The notes below the pieces were generated by a model, which was given only the letters and a program-made list of their open reading frames with translations, was not told the DNA's origin and did no database searches. The translations under genes and the position numbers were made by a program. Shown here in pieces: positions 27,448-37,150 of a stretch of 64,000 nucleotides of DNA (position 1 is the stretch's first letter; each line of letters starts with the position of its first letter). The stretch comes from Oceanispirochaeta sp. (GTDB lineage Bacteria; Spirochaetota; Spirochaetia; DSM-2461), in assembly GCA_963663385.2 (NCBI GenBank), contig CAXXXD010000004.1, positions 832,001 through 896,000 of the forward strand, written 5' to 3'.

Positions 27448-28743
27448 TCAGGATTTCAGTGCCTGATCAAGGTCTTTCCTGATATCCTCCAGGTTTTCAA
27501 TCCCTATGGAGAGCCGGATCATTTCGGGGGAGATCCCTCCGGATATCATGGCTTCATCAGATAACTGGGAATGGGTAGTGGATCCCGGATGGATTGCCAG
27601 GCTCTTGGCATCTCCCACATTTGCCACATGAGAGAAGAGCTGAAGATTATCGATAAACCTCTGTCCGGCCTCTCTCCCGCCTTTTATTCCGAAAACAACC
27701 ATACCCCCCGAACCTTTTTTCAGGTATTTCCGGGATCCCCTGTAAGCCCTGTCTCCTTCAAGCCCCGGGTAGCGGACCCATTTAACGCAGGGGTGATTCT
27801 GAAGGAAGCGGGCGGCTCCAAGAGCATTTTCCGAGTGCCTTTCCATACGGAGGGCCAATGTTTCCAGTCCCTGAAGGAAGATCCAGCAGTTGTCCGGAGA
27901 TATACAGCCTCCCAGGTTCCGCAGGGGAACCGTCCGCATCCTGATTATAAAAGCCAGCGGATTAAGGTCTCCCAGATCGCGGGCAAACCGCAGCCCGTGA
28001 TACCCTCCGTCAGGTTCGTTGTACAGTGAGAATTTCGGGTTTTTCCAGTTGAATCTCCCTGAATCGATGACAATTCCGCCGATTGCCGTACCATGCCCCC
28101 CAATCCATTTTGTCAGGGAATGAACAACTATGTCCGCCCCGTGTTCAATCGGTCTGAGCAGATAGGGGGTTGTGAAGGTGGAATCCACCACCAGAGGAAT
28201 TTCATATTCTTTTGCCAGACGGGAGAACTCCTCCAGATCCGCCAGATCCAGCGAAGGATTCCCTATAGTTTCAATGTAGAGAGCTTTCGTCTTTTCATTG
28301 ATCGCTTCCCTGAAGGTCTCGGGGTTGCTCTGGTCGGCGAAACGGACTTTTATTCCGAATTGCGGCAGCAGATCGTCGAACATTGTATAGGTACCCCCAT
28401 ACAGACTGGCGCTCGAAACAACCTCGTCCCCTGCTCTGCATATATTGATTATGGTGTAAAAAATGGCATTGGTTCCCGAAGCCAGAGCCAGGGCGGCGGC
28501 TCCGCCCTCCAGGGCTGCCATACGGTCTTCCAGGACAGCCTGGGTGGGATTCCCCAGGCGGGTATAGATATTCCCGGGTTCCTTTAAGGCGAAAAGATTC
28601 TGCGCATGTTCGGCAGAATCAAAAAGGTATGCCGTGCTCCTGTGAAGGGGGACTCCTCTGGCATGTGTTTCCCTGTCTCCCGAGTGACCTGCGTGTATGG
28701 CGGTTGTTTCAAACCCGGGATTTTTTATTTTACTGTAATCCAT
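27448..28743 (-). CDS. metY: O-acetylhomoserine sulfhydrylase (PLP)
   Basis: GNIYTRLGNPT, LYGGT, HSLTKWIGGHG (PLP Lys), ANVGDAKSL, HPGSTTH. Confidence 0.93.
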   Translation of the reverse strand: MDYSKIKNPGFETTAIHAGHSGDRETHARGVPLHRSTAYLFDSAEHAQNLFALKEPGNIYTRLGNPTQAVLEDRMAALEGGAAALALASGTNAIFYTIINICRAGDEVVSSASLYGGTYTMFDDLLPQFGIKVRFADQSNPETFREAINEKTKALYIETIGNPSLDLADLEEFSRLAKEYEIPLVVDSTFTTPYLLRPIEHGADIVVHSLTKWIGGHGTAIGGIVIDSGRFNWKNPKFSLYNEPDGGYHGLRFARDLGDLNPLAFIIRMRTVPLRNLGGCISPDNCWIFLQGLETLALRMERHSENALGAARFLQNHPCVKWVRYPGLEGDRAYRGSRKYLKKGSGGMVVFGIKGGREAGQRFIDNLQLFSHVANVGDAKSLAIHPGSTTHSQLSDEAMISGGISPEMIRLSIGIENLEDIRKDLDQALKS

Positions 28744-28771
28744 ATTTTATATCTCCAGTATTTTTCTTGAG

Positions 28772-29692
28772 TCATTCAAACAGCCATGTGCTGAGGTAGC
28801 GTTCCCCCGTATCACACCCTATTGTTACAATCCTTTTACCCCTGTTCTCGGGTTTCCGGGCCAGGATCTCAGCCGCCCGCACATTGGCTCCGGCCGATAT
28901 CCCGACAAGGAGCCCCTCCTGTGATGCCAGCTTCCGGGCCATCTCTCCCGCCTCTTCGGAGGGGACTTTTATTATCCCGTCATAGATATCCCTGTTCAGT
29001 ACTTCCGGAATAAAACCTGCCCCGATGCCCTGGATTTTATGGGGACCCGCTTTTTCGCCGGAGAGTACGGCCGATTTTTCAGGCTCCACGGCATAGACTT
29101 TTATTTCCGGATTCAGTTTTTTGAGAATCTCACCGTTTCCGGTCAAAGTTCCTCCCGTACCTACGGCAGCTACAAATATATCGACTTTTCCATCTGTTGC
29201 ATCCCATATCTCCCTGGCGGTTGTCTGCCGGTGGGCTTCAGGATTGGCCGGATTGGTAAACTGCTGGAGAATCAGGGAACGGGGGATTTCCGCTGCCAGT
29301 TCCTCAGCCCTGCTGATGGAGCCGTTCATTCCCTCACTGCCGGGGGTAAGCACCAGTTCCGCTCCGAATATCCGTAGCAGTTTTCTACGCTCTTCACTCA
29401 TGGTATCCGGCATGGTCAGTATCAGTCTGTATCCCCTTTGGGCACAGATATAGGCCAGGGCAATGCCTGTATTGCCGCTGGTCGGTTCAATCAGAGTTGT
29501 ATCAGTTGTCAGTTTTCCACTTTTCTCGGCAGCTTCAATCATAAACTTTCCAACTCTGTCCTTAACACTGCCAAGGGGATTGAAATATTCCAGTTTAAGA
29601 AGGATCTCTGCATCCTTTCCTATCCGGTTCAGTTTCACAAGGGGCGTGTTTCCCACCAGTTCCGTAATATTTTCTGCTATTTTCTGATTCAT
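28772..29692 (-). CDS. cysK: Cysteine synthase A
   Basis: [44 protein letters not shown]; start reset to ATG 29692 after a GGAGG RBS. Confidence 0.95.
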   Translation of the reverse strand: MNQKIAENITELVGNTPLVKLNRIGKDAEILLKLEYFNPLGSVKDRVGKFMIEAAEKSGKLTTDTTLIEPTSGNTGIALAYICAQRGYRLILTMPDTMSEERRKLLRIFGAELVLTPGSEGMNGSISRAEELAAEIPRSLILQQFTNPANPEAHRQTTAREIWDATDGKVDIFVAAVGTGGTLTGNGEILKKLNPEIKVYAVEPEKSAVLSGEKAGPHKIQGIGAGFIPEVLNRDIYDGIIKVPSEEAGEMARKLASQEGLLVGISAGANVRAAEILARKPENRGKRIVTIGCDTGERYLSTWLFE

Positions 29693-29714
29693 CCGATACC
29701 TCCCGGTTTCTCTG

Positions 29715-30149
29715 TCATATGTAATACATAGGTCTGTCTGATTCATCGACCAGACCAGCCAGCTCTTCCAGTGTAATCCCATCGAGAGTCTCTTTGATTG
29801 CCCTGGTTACCTTGTCCCATACATGCCGGCTCACGCACTTTTCCGATTTGCTGCAGTATCCTGTGTCTCCCAGGCAGTCAACAATATTCAGTCCGCCTTC
29901 CATAGTCTCTACAATATCCTTCAGGCTTATGGCAGAGGGAGCCTTTGCCAGCAGGTAGCCTCCCTTCGCCCCGCGGATCGAACGTATAAGACCTGCCGCT
30001 CTCAGTTGTATAACCAGCTGGCTCAGATACTTTTCAGAGACATCCTCTTTTCTGGCAATTTCATTCAGCTGAATCGGGCCTTTCTGATAGGTAAATGCCA
30101 GATTCACCATAAGGCGTGTGGCATAGCGTGATTTTGTAGAAAGTTTCAT
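29715..30149 (-). CDS. Rrf2-family regulator (CymR/IscR-like) heading cysK-metY
   Basis: [26 protein letters not shown], three Cys (C-C-C) plus His in the C-terminal part. Confidence 0.92.
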   Translation of the reverse strand: MKLSTKSRYATRLMVNLAFTYQKGPIQLNEIARKEDVSEKYLSQLVIQLRAAGLIRSIRGAKGGYLLAKAPSAISLKDIVETMEGGLNIVDCLGDTGYCSKSEKCVSRHVWDKVTRAIKETLDGITLEELAGLVDESDRPMYYI

Positions 30150-30162
30150 ACTGATAATCCTT

Positions 30163-30187
30163 AATGTCTATTAAATCTATTAGAATA
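30163..30187. promoter_or_regulatory. Candidate Rrf2 autoregulatory operator
   Basis: AT-rich imperfect inverted repeat TCTA-N10-TAGA directly upstream of the rrf2 start. Confidence 0.3.
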
Positions 30188-30242
30188 GTAGTGATTGAGG
30201 GTATAAAAAACAAGAGGGAATTGTATAATTATGAGTAATTTA

Positions 30243-30680
30243 TTAAGAATTAAGGTGTTTCTGACTGTTTTCCACCAGTTTGTCCAGAACATTCCGGAAA
30301 ATTCCCAGGTCTTTTTCGGGGATATCCGCAATTATATTCCGGTAGAAATCATCACATACAGGGAGCAGGGTTTCAAACATATCCATTCCTCTCCGGGTGC
30401 AGTAGAGTTTTACGGCCCTGCCGTCTTCGGTGCACTGCTTTTTTTCTAAAAGACCGTTTTTTACCATACGGGTAATCAGCCTGGCTATTGTTGTCTCCTG
30501 AGCCTGCATCAGATCTGCCAGGTCCATCTGGCGTATCCCCTGAGATTTTCTTATATAGTAGAGAGCAATCCATTGAACACGGGTGGCTCCATGTTTTTTA
30601 AAGGTTTCGTTATAGGTGTCTGTTACCTTTTTCAGACCAAGGGTCGCCATATAATAGACACATTCATCCAACTTAAACAT
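30243..30680 (-). CDS. MarR-family transcriptional regulator
   Basis: QWIALYY, RQMDLA, TIARLITRMVKNGL, EDGRA...T..G. Confidence 0.9.
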   Translation of the reverse strand: MFKLDECVYYMATLGLKKVTDTYNETFKKHGATRVQWIALYYIRKSQGIRQMDLADLMQAQETTIARLITRMVKNGLLEKKQCTEDGRAVKLYCTRRGMDMFETLLPVCDDFYRNIIADIPEKDLGIFRNVLDKLVENSQKHLNS

Positions 30681-30760
30681 GACTCATGTTACAATATGGC
30701 CGGAAAAATAGCAAATATGTTTTAATATAAACATTGAGTCTCAGGATGCCTGTCCCCGGT

Positions 30761-33706
30761 TTATCCCAGACAAAGAGACGTGATCTCCGGAATGGATCTC
30801 TCCAGTTTGCTCACCCTGCGGAGGATCTCCTCGTTTTGTGAGTCGTCCGGAGTTTCTGGAAAGAAGTCATTCTCTTTTATAAAGATCTCCAGATCCCCGG
30901 CAGATTCAGCAAATCCGGTCAATCCCAGATTCAAAGCCCCGCCCTTGATAGAATGCGCTTTTCTGTGAAGCACTTTGAAATCACGGTTTTTTATATATTC
31001 TTTCATGCCTGCTATGTCGACGCGGCAGTTTTTCAGGTACTCCTGAATTATCTCTATTCCCTCTTCTCTGTCTTCAAATTGTTCAAGAAAAGCCTCTAGC
31101 CCGGATAAACCGGAATCTTCCTGATGATCAGCGGCTTTGTGCAGGGCTCCAGGGTTTAATATTTCTGCAATGCTAAGGGATATATTGTTTAACTGTACGG
31201 GTTTATAGATAATGCCTTTTATAACACCACAGATTCTGTCTCTACTCTCATCGTAGAATCCTCCTGCCGTTAACATCAGTACAGGTGTTTTTTCATTTAT
31301 AGGGCATTTTCCTGTAATCTTCTCAACCGTGTCATAGCCATTGAGCATGGGCATCTGTATATCCATCAGAATCAGGTCGAATTGAATCTGATGACAGAGT
31401 GAAATGGCCTTATATCCGTCTTCCGCAATAAAAGGCTTGTATCCAAGTGACTGGAGATAGGTGGAAGCGATTTCCCGGTTTGTCTGGTAATCATCCACAA
31501 TCAGTATCTTTCCGCTTCCTTTAATAGGCTCTTCCGGTTCCTGCTTTTTCAGGGAATCCTTTGATCCGATCGAGAAGGGCAGTGTAAACCAGAAAATCGA
31601 ACCTGTCGGAGTATTGGGCGTATATCCTATCTCTCCGCCCATTAATTCAACCAGTTTTTTTGATATTGTAGTTCCGAGACCTGTTCCGTCATGATTTCTG
31701 GATTGACTATGGTCAATCTGGTAGAAGGGCTGAAAAATCTTGTCGGCCTGCTGCCGGGAAATCCCCATGCCTGTGTCCTGTATTTCGAAACGGATCAGGA
31801 CAAGGTCACCCACCGCGGGCAGTTCTGGTTCTATTACAACCCGGATCTGACCTTTGTGTGTGAATTTCTGGGCATTATTTGTCAGGTTCAGAAGAATCTG
31901 TCTCAGACGGTGATGATCTCCTATCAGTACTTCAGGAAGATTCTCCGATAGAACGAGTTCAAACCAGAGCCCTTTTTCCTTAATAAGAATGATCTGCCCG
32001 GCCAGGCTCTCATGAACCTTCTCTTTAAGGACAAAGGAGGACGGTTCAATTTCATAATTCCCCGATTCGATACGGGAAAGATTTAAAACATCGGATATTA
32101 AACTCAGCAGGTGCTCCGACTCTGCCAGTATCTTTTTATTATACTGATGCTGAACCTCTCTGTCCTCTGTTCTGTCGATCAGTTCGGCAAATCCTATAAT
32201 TCCTCCGAGAGGGGTTCTCAGCTCATGGCTGATATTGGCCAGAAACCGGGACTTGGCCTTGTTGGCATATTCCGCGATGGTCATGGCTTCCTTCAGGTCG
32301 GTAGTCCTTTTTTCAACCTCTTTTTCGAGGTATCTGTTTTCATTCTGGAGCCTGTCTCTCAGGATCTCATTGCTGATATCCTTCTCTTTTTTATAGCGGA
32401 CAATATCCTGTCCGATTGCTGCTGCCAGAAGGGTGCTCTGTATCATATCAGTAAGGTAACGGATTTCTATGTAAGGCATTAAGGACTGCATGTCTGAATA
32501 AATACCCGGGGCAATGGCGAAGATCGCTTCAACCAGAAAATAAGGCGTAAACGCCAGAAGGTATAAATTGGCGATTTTATTGCTGTTTGACATGCCATAA
32601 AATATGTAAAGGTATACTATTATTGTGTTTATGCTTATTGATGTAAAAACAATTATCTGTCTGTACTGAAACGGCAGATACAGTATTCCCGAGAGAAATG
32701 CCGAAACTATATAAAATACATACAGGCGATTTGTCACAGAATCCAGGATGTTTTTCTTTTTTGTATCGTATCGGTTGGTCAGGGTCTTCCGAATAAAATG
32801 TACGCCGCAAATCTGCAGGCCTGCCAGGACAAACGAATAAATGAAATTCTCAAGGTAGAACATCCCCGCCCAGAACTTCCATAGATTGATCTGGGTCGTA
32901 ATCATTCTGTTTAACATAAGGAAAAAAATAAAAAGGATGTAGTAATAATATCGTTCTTCCCGGGACGAAAGGTAAACCATTATATGAAAGATCAGGATTG
33001 CTGCGAAGAAACCGGTAAATATCCCTTTGGAATGGTACCTCAGAGAGAACTCATTCGTATAGGATTCGAATTTCAGTGCCGAAAAATCCAGTTTGATCCG
33101 GCGTTTAAACCTGGCTGTCATCTTAATATAGATTTGTGAGTTTTCCAGAAGGGTATTGGGCAGCAGGATATATATTTCCGGATCATTGGCAAATAAACGG
33201 GAATCATTTTCAATTCGCCTGTAAGAAGTTGTATAGGATCCTGTTTTGTCGGGAATATAGGCGCTGATGATGGTACTGTTAAAAGGGGTGGTCAGCAGAA
33301 TCGGCTTATCTGAGAATATCTTTTCAACTGTCAATCTCACCCAGACAGATTCAACATCTACTCCCTTTTCATCATAGTAGGGAAAGTATTTCTCTGTTAT
33401 ATTCTCGTCCCAGAGGGAACGGAACTGCCTGTTGTATCCTTCGTTTAAAATATCATTCAGACTGAGGCTGTTTTCTGCATCCGGCAGGTATTCTATGGCT
33501 TTCCCCAGTTGAAGCCTGCCTGTATTATCCCCCAGAATCAGTTCTTCTGCCGGGTCATAGGATTTAAACTGGATAATGGAAGAACCGGAACTGTCCGGTA
33601 TATCTCTGAGGAATAGAGCCAATAATGTCAGGAGAAGTAAAAACAGAACCGTAACAGTGATAACGGGTCTCTTCAGGTTTTTTATAGAGGGGGAGATCTT
33701 TTTCAT
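30761..33706 (-). CDS. Hybrid sensor histidine kinase (7TMR-DISM-like input, HisKA, HATPase, REC, Hpt)
   Basis: Periplasmic domain + about 7 TM; SHELRTPL, NLTNNAQKFT, DTGMG, GTGLG, LIVDD, LMDIQMP, AHSIKG. Confidence 0.92.
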   Translation of the reverse strand: MKKISPSIKNLKRPVITVTVLFLLLLTLLALFLRDIPDSSGSSIIQFKSYDPAEELILGDNTGRLQLGKAIEYLPDAENSLSLNDILNEGYNRQFRSLWDENITEKYFPYYDEKGVDVESVWVRLTVEKIFSDKPILLTTPFNSTIISAYIPDKTGSYTTSYRRIENDSRLFANDPEIYILLPNTLLENSQIYIKMTARFKRRIKLDFSALKFESYTNEFSLRYHSKGIFTGFFAAILIFHIMVYLSSREERYYYYILFIFFLMLNRMITTQINLWKFWAGMFYLENFIYSFVLAGLQICGVHFIRKTLTNRYDTKKKNILDSVTNRLYVFYIVSAFLSGILYLPFQYRQIIVFTSISINTIIVYLYIFYGMSNSNKIANLYLLAFTPYFLVEAIFAIAPGIYSDMQSLMPYIEIRYLTDMIQSTLLAAAIGQDIVRYKKEKDISNEILRDRLQNENRYLEKEVEKRTTDLKEAMTIAEYANKAKSRFLANISHELRTPLGGIIGFAELIDRTEDREVQHQYNKKILAESEHLLSLISDVLNLSRIESGNYEIEPSSFVLKEKVHESLAGQIILIKEKGLWFELVLSENLPEVLIGDHHRLRQILLNLTNNAQKFTHKGQIRVVIEPELPAVGDLVLIRFEIQDTGMGISRQQADKIFQPFYQIDHSQSRNHDGTGLGTTISKKLVELMGGEIGYTPNTPTGSIFWFTLPFSIGSKDSLKKQEPEEPIKGSGKILIVDDYQTNREIASTYLQSLGYKPFIAEDGYKAISLCHQIQFDLILMDIQMPMLNGYDTVEKITGKCPINEKTPVLMLTAGGFYDESRDRICGVIKGIIYKPVQLNNISLSIAEILNPGALHKAADHQEDSGLSGLEAFLEQFEDREEGIEIIQEYLKNCRVDIAGMKEYIKNRDFKVLHRKAHSIKGGALNLGLTGFAESAGDLEIFIKENDFFPETPDDSQNEEILRRVSKLERSIPEITSLCLG

Positions 33707-33780
33707 TATTCAGTTTTGTCTTTCATCCGGATTTCTTACAGAGTATCATAGATTACGAATAATGAAAGGGCTATTTCCTA

Positions 33781-34512
33781 TTAATAGAACTGAATTAATA
33801 CATCATTCGCATTGAAGTTAACAGCTGTTACGCTCTGAGATATGGGGATAAGAGCTTTTGCCTCTATTTCAGTCCTTGTTTCTCCTGCCGCAAGTGCTGT
33901 GACGATTCCCGTAGTCCTGTCCAGAAGAGTTGTTCCGTTCCAAATCTCAAAGGGGATAAAAATCTGATCAATTAATACAGACGAACTGTTTCCTATCTGG
34001 TAAACAATGCGGAAGGGTTCTCCTTCTGTAGAGTCGGCAGTTTTCCAGGACGTAATACTTATGGCAAGATCTGCAACTGTCAGACTGCCGCCGGGATCTG
34101 TCTGAATTTCAAAGGATCTGGTAACGGTATTACTGTTATCTCTATTATCATCCCTGGCATAGATAGTAATTGTATGGGATCCGGTTTCCATCTCTTCCGT
34201 ACTGAAATTGGCTTTCCAGATAGTATTGCTGTAAATTGCAAAATCCCCAATGCCCAATGAGGCAACTTCGGTTCCCGCACTGTTTGTGACACTGATATTC
34301 AATGTATGAGCTATATTATCTTTATCGGAGACTCCGATAGCAAGGTATACCTCATCCCCCTGATAAACAGTATCCGTTTCCTCGCGAAAGGACGAGCTTG
34401 TCACCGTAATACCTGACAGTTCCACGCTGGATAATTCATCGGTAGAACTCAAGGTGCATCCTGATAGAAGAATGAGTAAAGCAGTGATGGAAAAGAGGAT
34501 AATACGTTTCAT
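33781..34512 (-). CDS. Hypothetical lipoprotein with two Ig-like domains
   Basis: Lipobox LLSGC; beta-rich, GSHTITIYARD. Confidence 0.75.
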   Translation of the reverse strand: MKRIILFSITALLILLSGCTLSSTDELSSVELSGITVTSSSFREETDTVYQGDEVYLAIGVSDKDNIAHTLNISVTNSAGTEVASLGIGDFAIYSNTIWKANFSTEEMETGSHTITIYARDDNRDNSNTVTRSFEIQTDPGGSLTVADLAISITSWKTADSTEGEPFRIVYQIGNSSSVLIDQIFIPFEIWNGTTLLDRTTGIVTALAAGETRTEIEAKALIPISQSVTAVNFNANDVLIQFY

Positions 34513-34732
34513 ACCGTCTTAATAAATTATAATATAAAGGAAGCTCAATGGAAATGCCTGTCTCATTAATAAAAATGATGAATAGATAGTGTTTTACGAA
34601 GTTCTACTGACAGAATCCCTGCTTTTGATCAGTTTTTTATAGAAAATTCAATCATGGATAGAGATTCTCCCGTCTACAAAACTGAAGACTGCTATTGTAC
34701 GTAGCAGGCAAAAAAAATTTTGGAGAATGTAA

Positions 34733-35374
34733 ATGAAAAAAATTTTAGTTACCCTTCTTTTTGTGTCATCTCTTTTTGCATCATGTGCCACCAGCAAAGT
34801 TTCCATGTCGGATTCTGAGTACAGTATCACAGATCAGGATGTTGCCATGATGGAAATGGAATTTTCTGAGAGGGGTCTGCCTTCCCTGCCTTTGATTGAT
34901 GCCGGACTGTATAAAAGTGCCGTTTCTTCAGTAGCAGATTCCCTGAATGGGGTGGAAGATAAGAAGCAGGTCGAGATGAATGAATTCTACAGGAACGAGA
35001 TAGCATCACGTCTTAAAAAGGAAATTGCCACTGTTCCCAACAATTTTTCGTCCCTTGATGAACCAGTGAATGCCAAACCAAGCGAGGAACTTAAATCCTG
35101 CTTTAAAGAGGCCCTTAAAGAGACAAATGCCGGGTATCTGCTGGTTCCCACTGCCCGGGTTGTTACAACCGGTGTCAGTGCGTTCGGTATCAAGGGCGCT
35201 TCTGTTCTGGAGTCGAAACTCTTTATTTTCGACAGAAACGGAGAGCTGGTCAGTGACGGGTATTACAGAACCAAACCGGTAAATGGCAAGCCTAAAGATG
35301 TTGCCGCCTACGAAGATGTCATCAATCAGTATGAAACTCTCGCTCCGGAACTGTTTAACCTGATGATTCATTAA
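34733..35374 (+). CDS. Hypothetical lipoprotein
   Basis: Lipobox LFASC; GGAG RBS. Confidence 0.78.
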   Translation: MKKILVTLLFVSSLFASCATSKVSMSDSEYSITDQDVAMMEMEFSERGLPSLPLIDAGLYKSAVSSVADSLNGVEDKKQVEMNEFYRNEIASRLKKEIATVPNNFSSLDEPVNAKPSEELKSCFKEALKETNAGYLLVPTARVVTTGVSAFGIKGASVLESKLFIFDRNGELVSDGYYRTKPVNGKPKDVAAYEDVINQYETLAPELFNLMIH

Positions 35375-35487
35375 ATTTCCGGTTAAAACCGCAGACGGTC
35401 TGTTCCTGAAGTATCCGGGACAGGCCATTATTCAGTTTTATCCGGATTGGACATATAAACATGAAGCCAAAGAGTCCCTGTTGATGA

Positions 35488-35943
35488 TCAGCAGGCCAGT
35501 TCCTTCTGTTTCTTTCTGATGCCTTTTTCCACATTCCCCTTTCTCGCCAGCGTATGCTCCGGATCGTTTCCCCGGTATATTGTTTCGATGTTATCCAGAT
35601 AGAGATGAGAGAGGGAGAGCAGCTCCCTCAGCGTTATAATCTGATTTTCCTGTAGATTCATGGCTTTCATGATTCCGGCATCCAGATAATTGTTGAACTC
35701 TTCCTTTGATGTGAAGTCGGTTCTGTGATCGATTGTATCGATGCAGTGGCCGGCGGAGAGTTTATTGCAGCAGCAGCATACAGCATCATTATCAACAATC
35801 AGTTTCATCTCCGAAATCTCATTATTGTATATCCGGTTTCCTGTCATATGGTAGGAATGGCCGTAGGGGTGTGGCTTCAGCTCCTTGCCGCTTCCATAAT
35901 CCCGGAGGATATCGAAGAAGTGGTGAATTCTTATATTTAACAT
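35488..35943 (-). CDS. DUF1284-like small Cys/His protein
   Basis: IRIHH, G..Y, D.VC..C...C pattern recalled for DUF1284. Confidence 0.6.
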   Translation of the reverse strand: MLNIRIHHFFDILRDYGSGKELKPHPYGHSYHMTGNRIYNNEISEMKLIVDNDAVCCCCNKLSAGHCIDTIDHRTDFTSKEEFNNYLDAGIMKAMNLQENQIITLRELLSLSHLYLDNIETIYRGNDPEHTLARKGNVEKGIRKKQKELAC

Positions 35944-36037
35944 ATCGTTTCTGTAAATACCTTTTGCCGCTATAAAATGCCTGCGATTAACGGAATCTGA
36001 ATCGCAGTTCCTGTTACTTATTCTTAATCCATTGATG

Positions 36038-36601
36038 CTAGTCAGTTATCGCGAAGGAAAACTCACAAACTTCAGAATCCTGGTAATTTCTGACTGTCAG
36101 GACTTTTCCTAATTTACAGCCCAGAGCAGCAGCGATCTCTTCAGCCTGATTTGTCGCCTGGTCAAGCAGTACCTGAATGCTTTCTTTTTCTTTGCCGGGA
36201 TAAATATTCATATAGATCCCGGTTGCTCCCAGAGCCTGCAGTTCATTTATCAGTGTATCTGAATCGATATTATCGTTCACCAGGACAGATAACGACTTTA
36301 TGGATATAAAATGATTCTTCTCCACGTCAGGATTTCTGTCCTGGTGTGTAGAGCTGCTGTTGAGAGAATAGGAAAGACCTTTCTCATCAAGGTAGGCGGA
36401 TATTGTATCCAGAGCTGTGTCTGTCTCCCTCTCTGCTTCCTTCTGATCTATATTTGACTTCTCAATCGAAACATCCAGCTGATTGTTTCCCATAAAATAA
36501 TAAGAACCGACAGTCACTGTGATACTTCGCTGAACAGGAACTGTGATGCAGCCTGTCAGTAAAATGGTAAATGCCAGAATTGCCGATATTTTTTTAAACA
36601 T
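36038..36601 (-). CDS. Lipoprotein, divergent SIMPL (DUF541)-like
   Basis: Lipobox LLTGC after ATG 36601 (AGGAG RBS); SITVTVG and QAEEIAAALGCKLGKV resemble SIMPL. Confidence 0.6.
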   Translation of the reverse strand: MFKKISAILAFTILLTGCITVPVQRSITVTVGSYYFMGNNQLDVSIEKSNIDQKEAERETDTALDTISAYLDEKGLSYSLNSSSTHQDRNPDVEKNHFISIKSLSVLVNDNIDSDTLINELQALGATGIYMNIYPGKEKESIQVLLDQATNQAEEIAAALGCKLGKVLTVRNYQDSEVCEFSFAITD

Positions 36602-36759
36602 ATAGTTATCTCTCCTGTCTGCAATTTCAGAGAATCCGAGATGAATATATAAGTTCATGCGGTAAATGTAAACAGTGTTTGACTGAAAACAGTTTTGCCT
36701 ACTTTTTGCTTTTGTCTGAATAGTGTACATGCAGTTATTTTGCATATATAAAATGTTTC

Positions 36760-37140
36760 TGATTTTTCCGTATAAATCCTGTATAAAAAAACATTAATAA
36801 ATCTATAATCTCATATTATTTATATTCAATTAAATTTTTATAATATATAGATTTAGCATATTTTTTACTTGAAAAGCAGATTGGTAAATTCTTATATTAT
36901 AAAAAATTAAAAGATTTTTGTTGACATTTTTAGCAATCGTTCTATCCTTATACTGAGTTAATAAAGTCACTATGGTTATTGTAGAAAAAAATATGTATTA
37001 ATATTAAAAATTTTGGAACAGCATATGGATAAAAGGTGTCTTTAAATAAACATTAAATATCTTTAAAGTTCTCCAGAATGCCGAGGCTAATACAACTGAA
37101 ATAAGAAATTCTCTCCAAGATGAGATTATCGATTATTAAG
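36760..37140. promoter_or_regulatory. Very AT-rich divergent intergenic/promoter region
   Basis: Strong A/T enrichment; TTGACA at 36921-36926. Confidence 0.4.
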
Positions 37141-37150
37141 GAAAGGTTTT

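Noticed and set aside
29693..29782. Extended cysK N-terminus overlapping rrf2
   Set aside because: Homology and a GGAGG RBS support ATG 29692
36960..37140. Short open stretches in the AT-rich spacer before the HD-GYP gene
   Set aside because: Interrupted by stops, no good start/RBS and no recognisable homology
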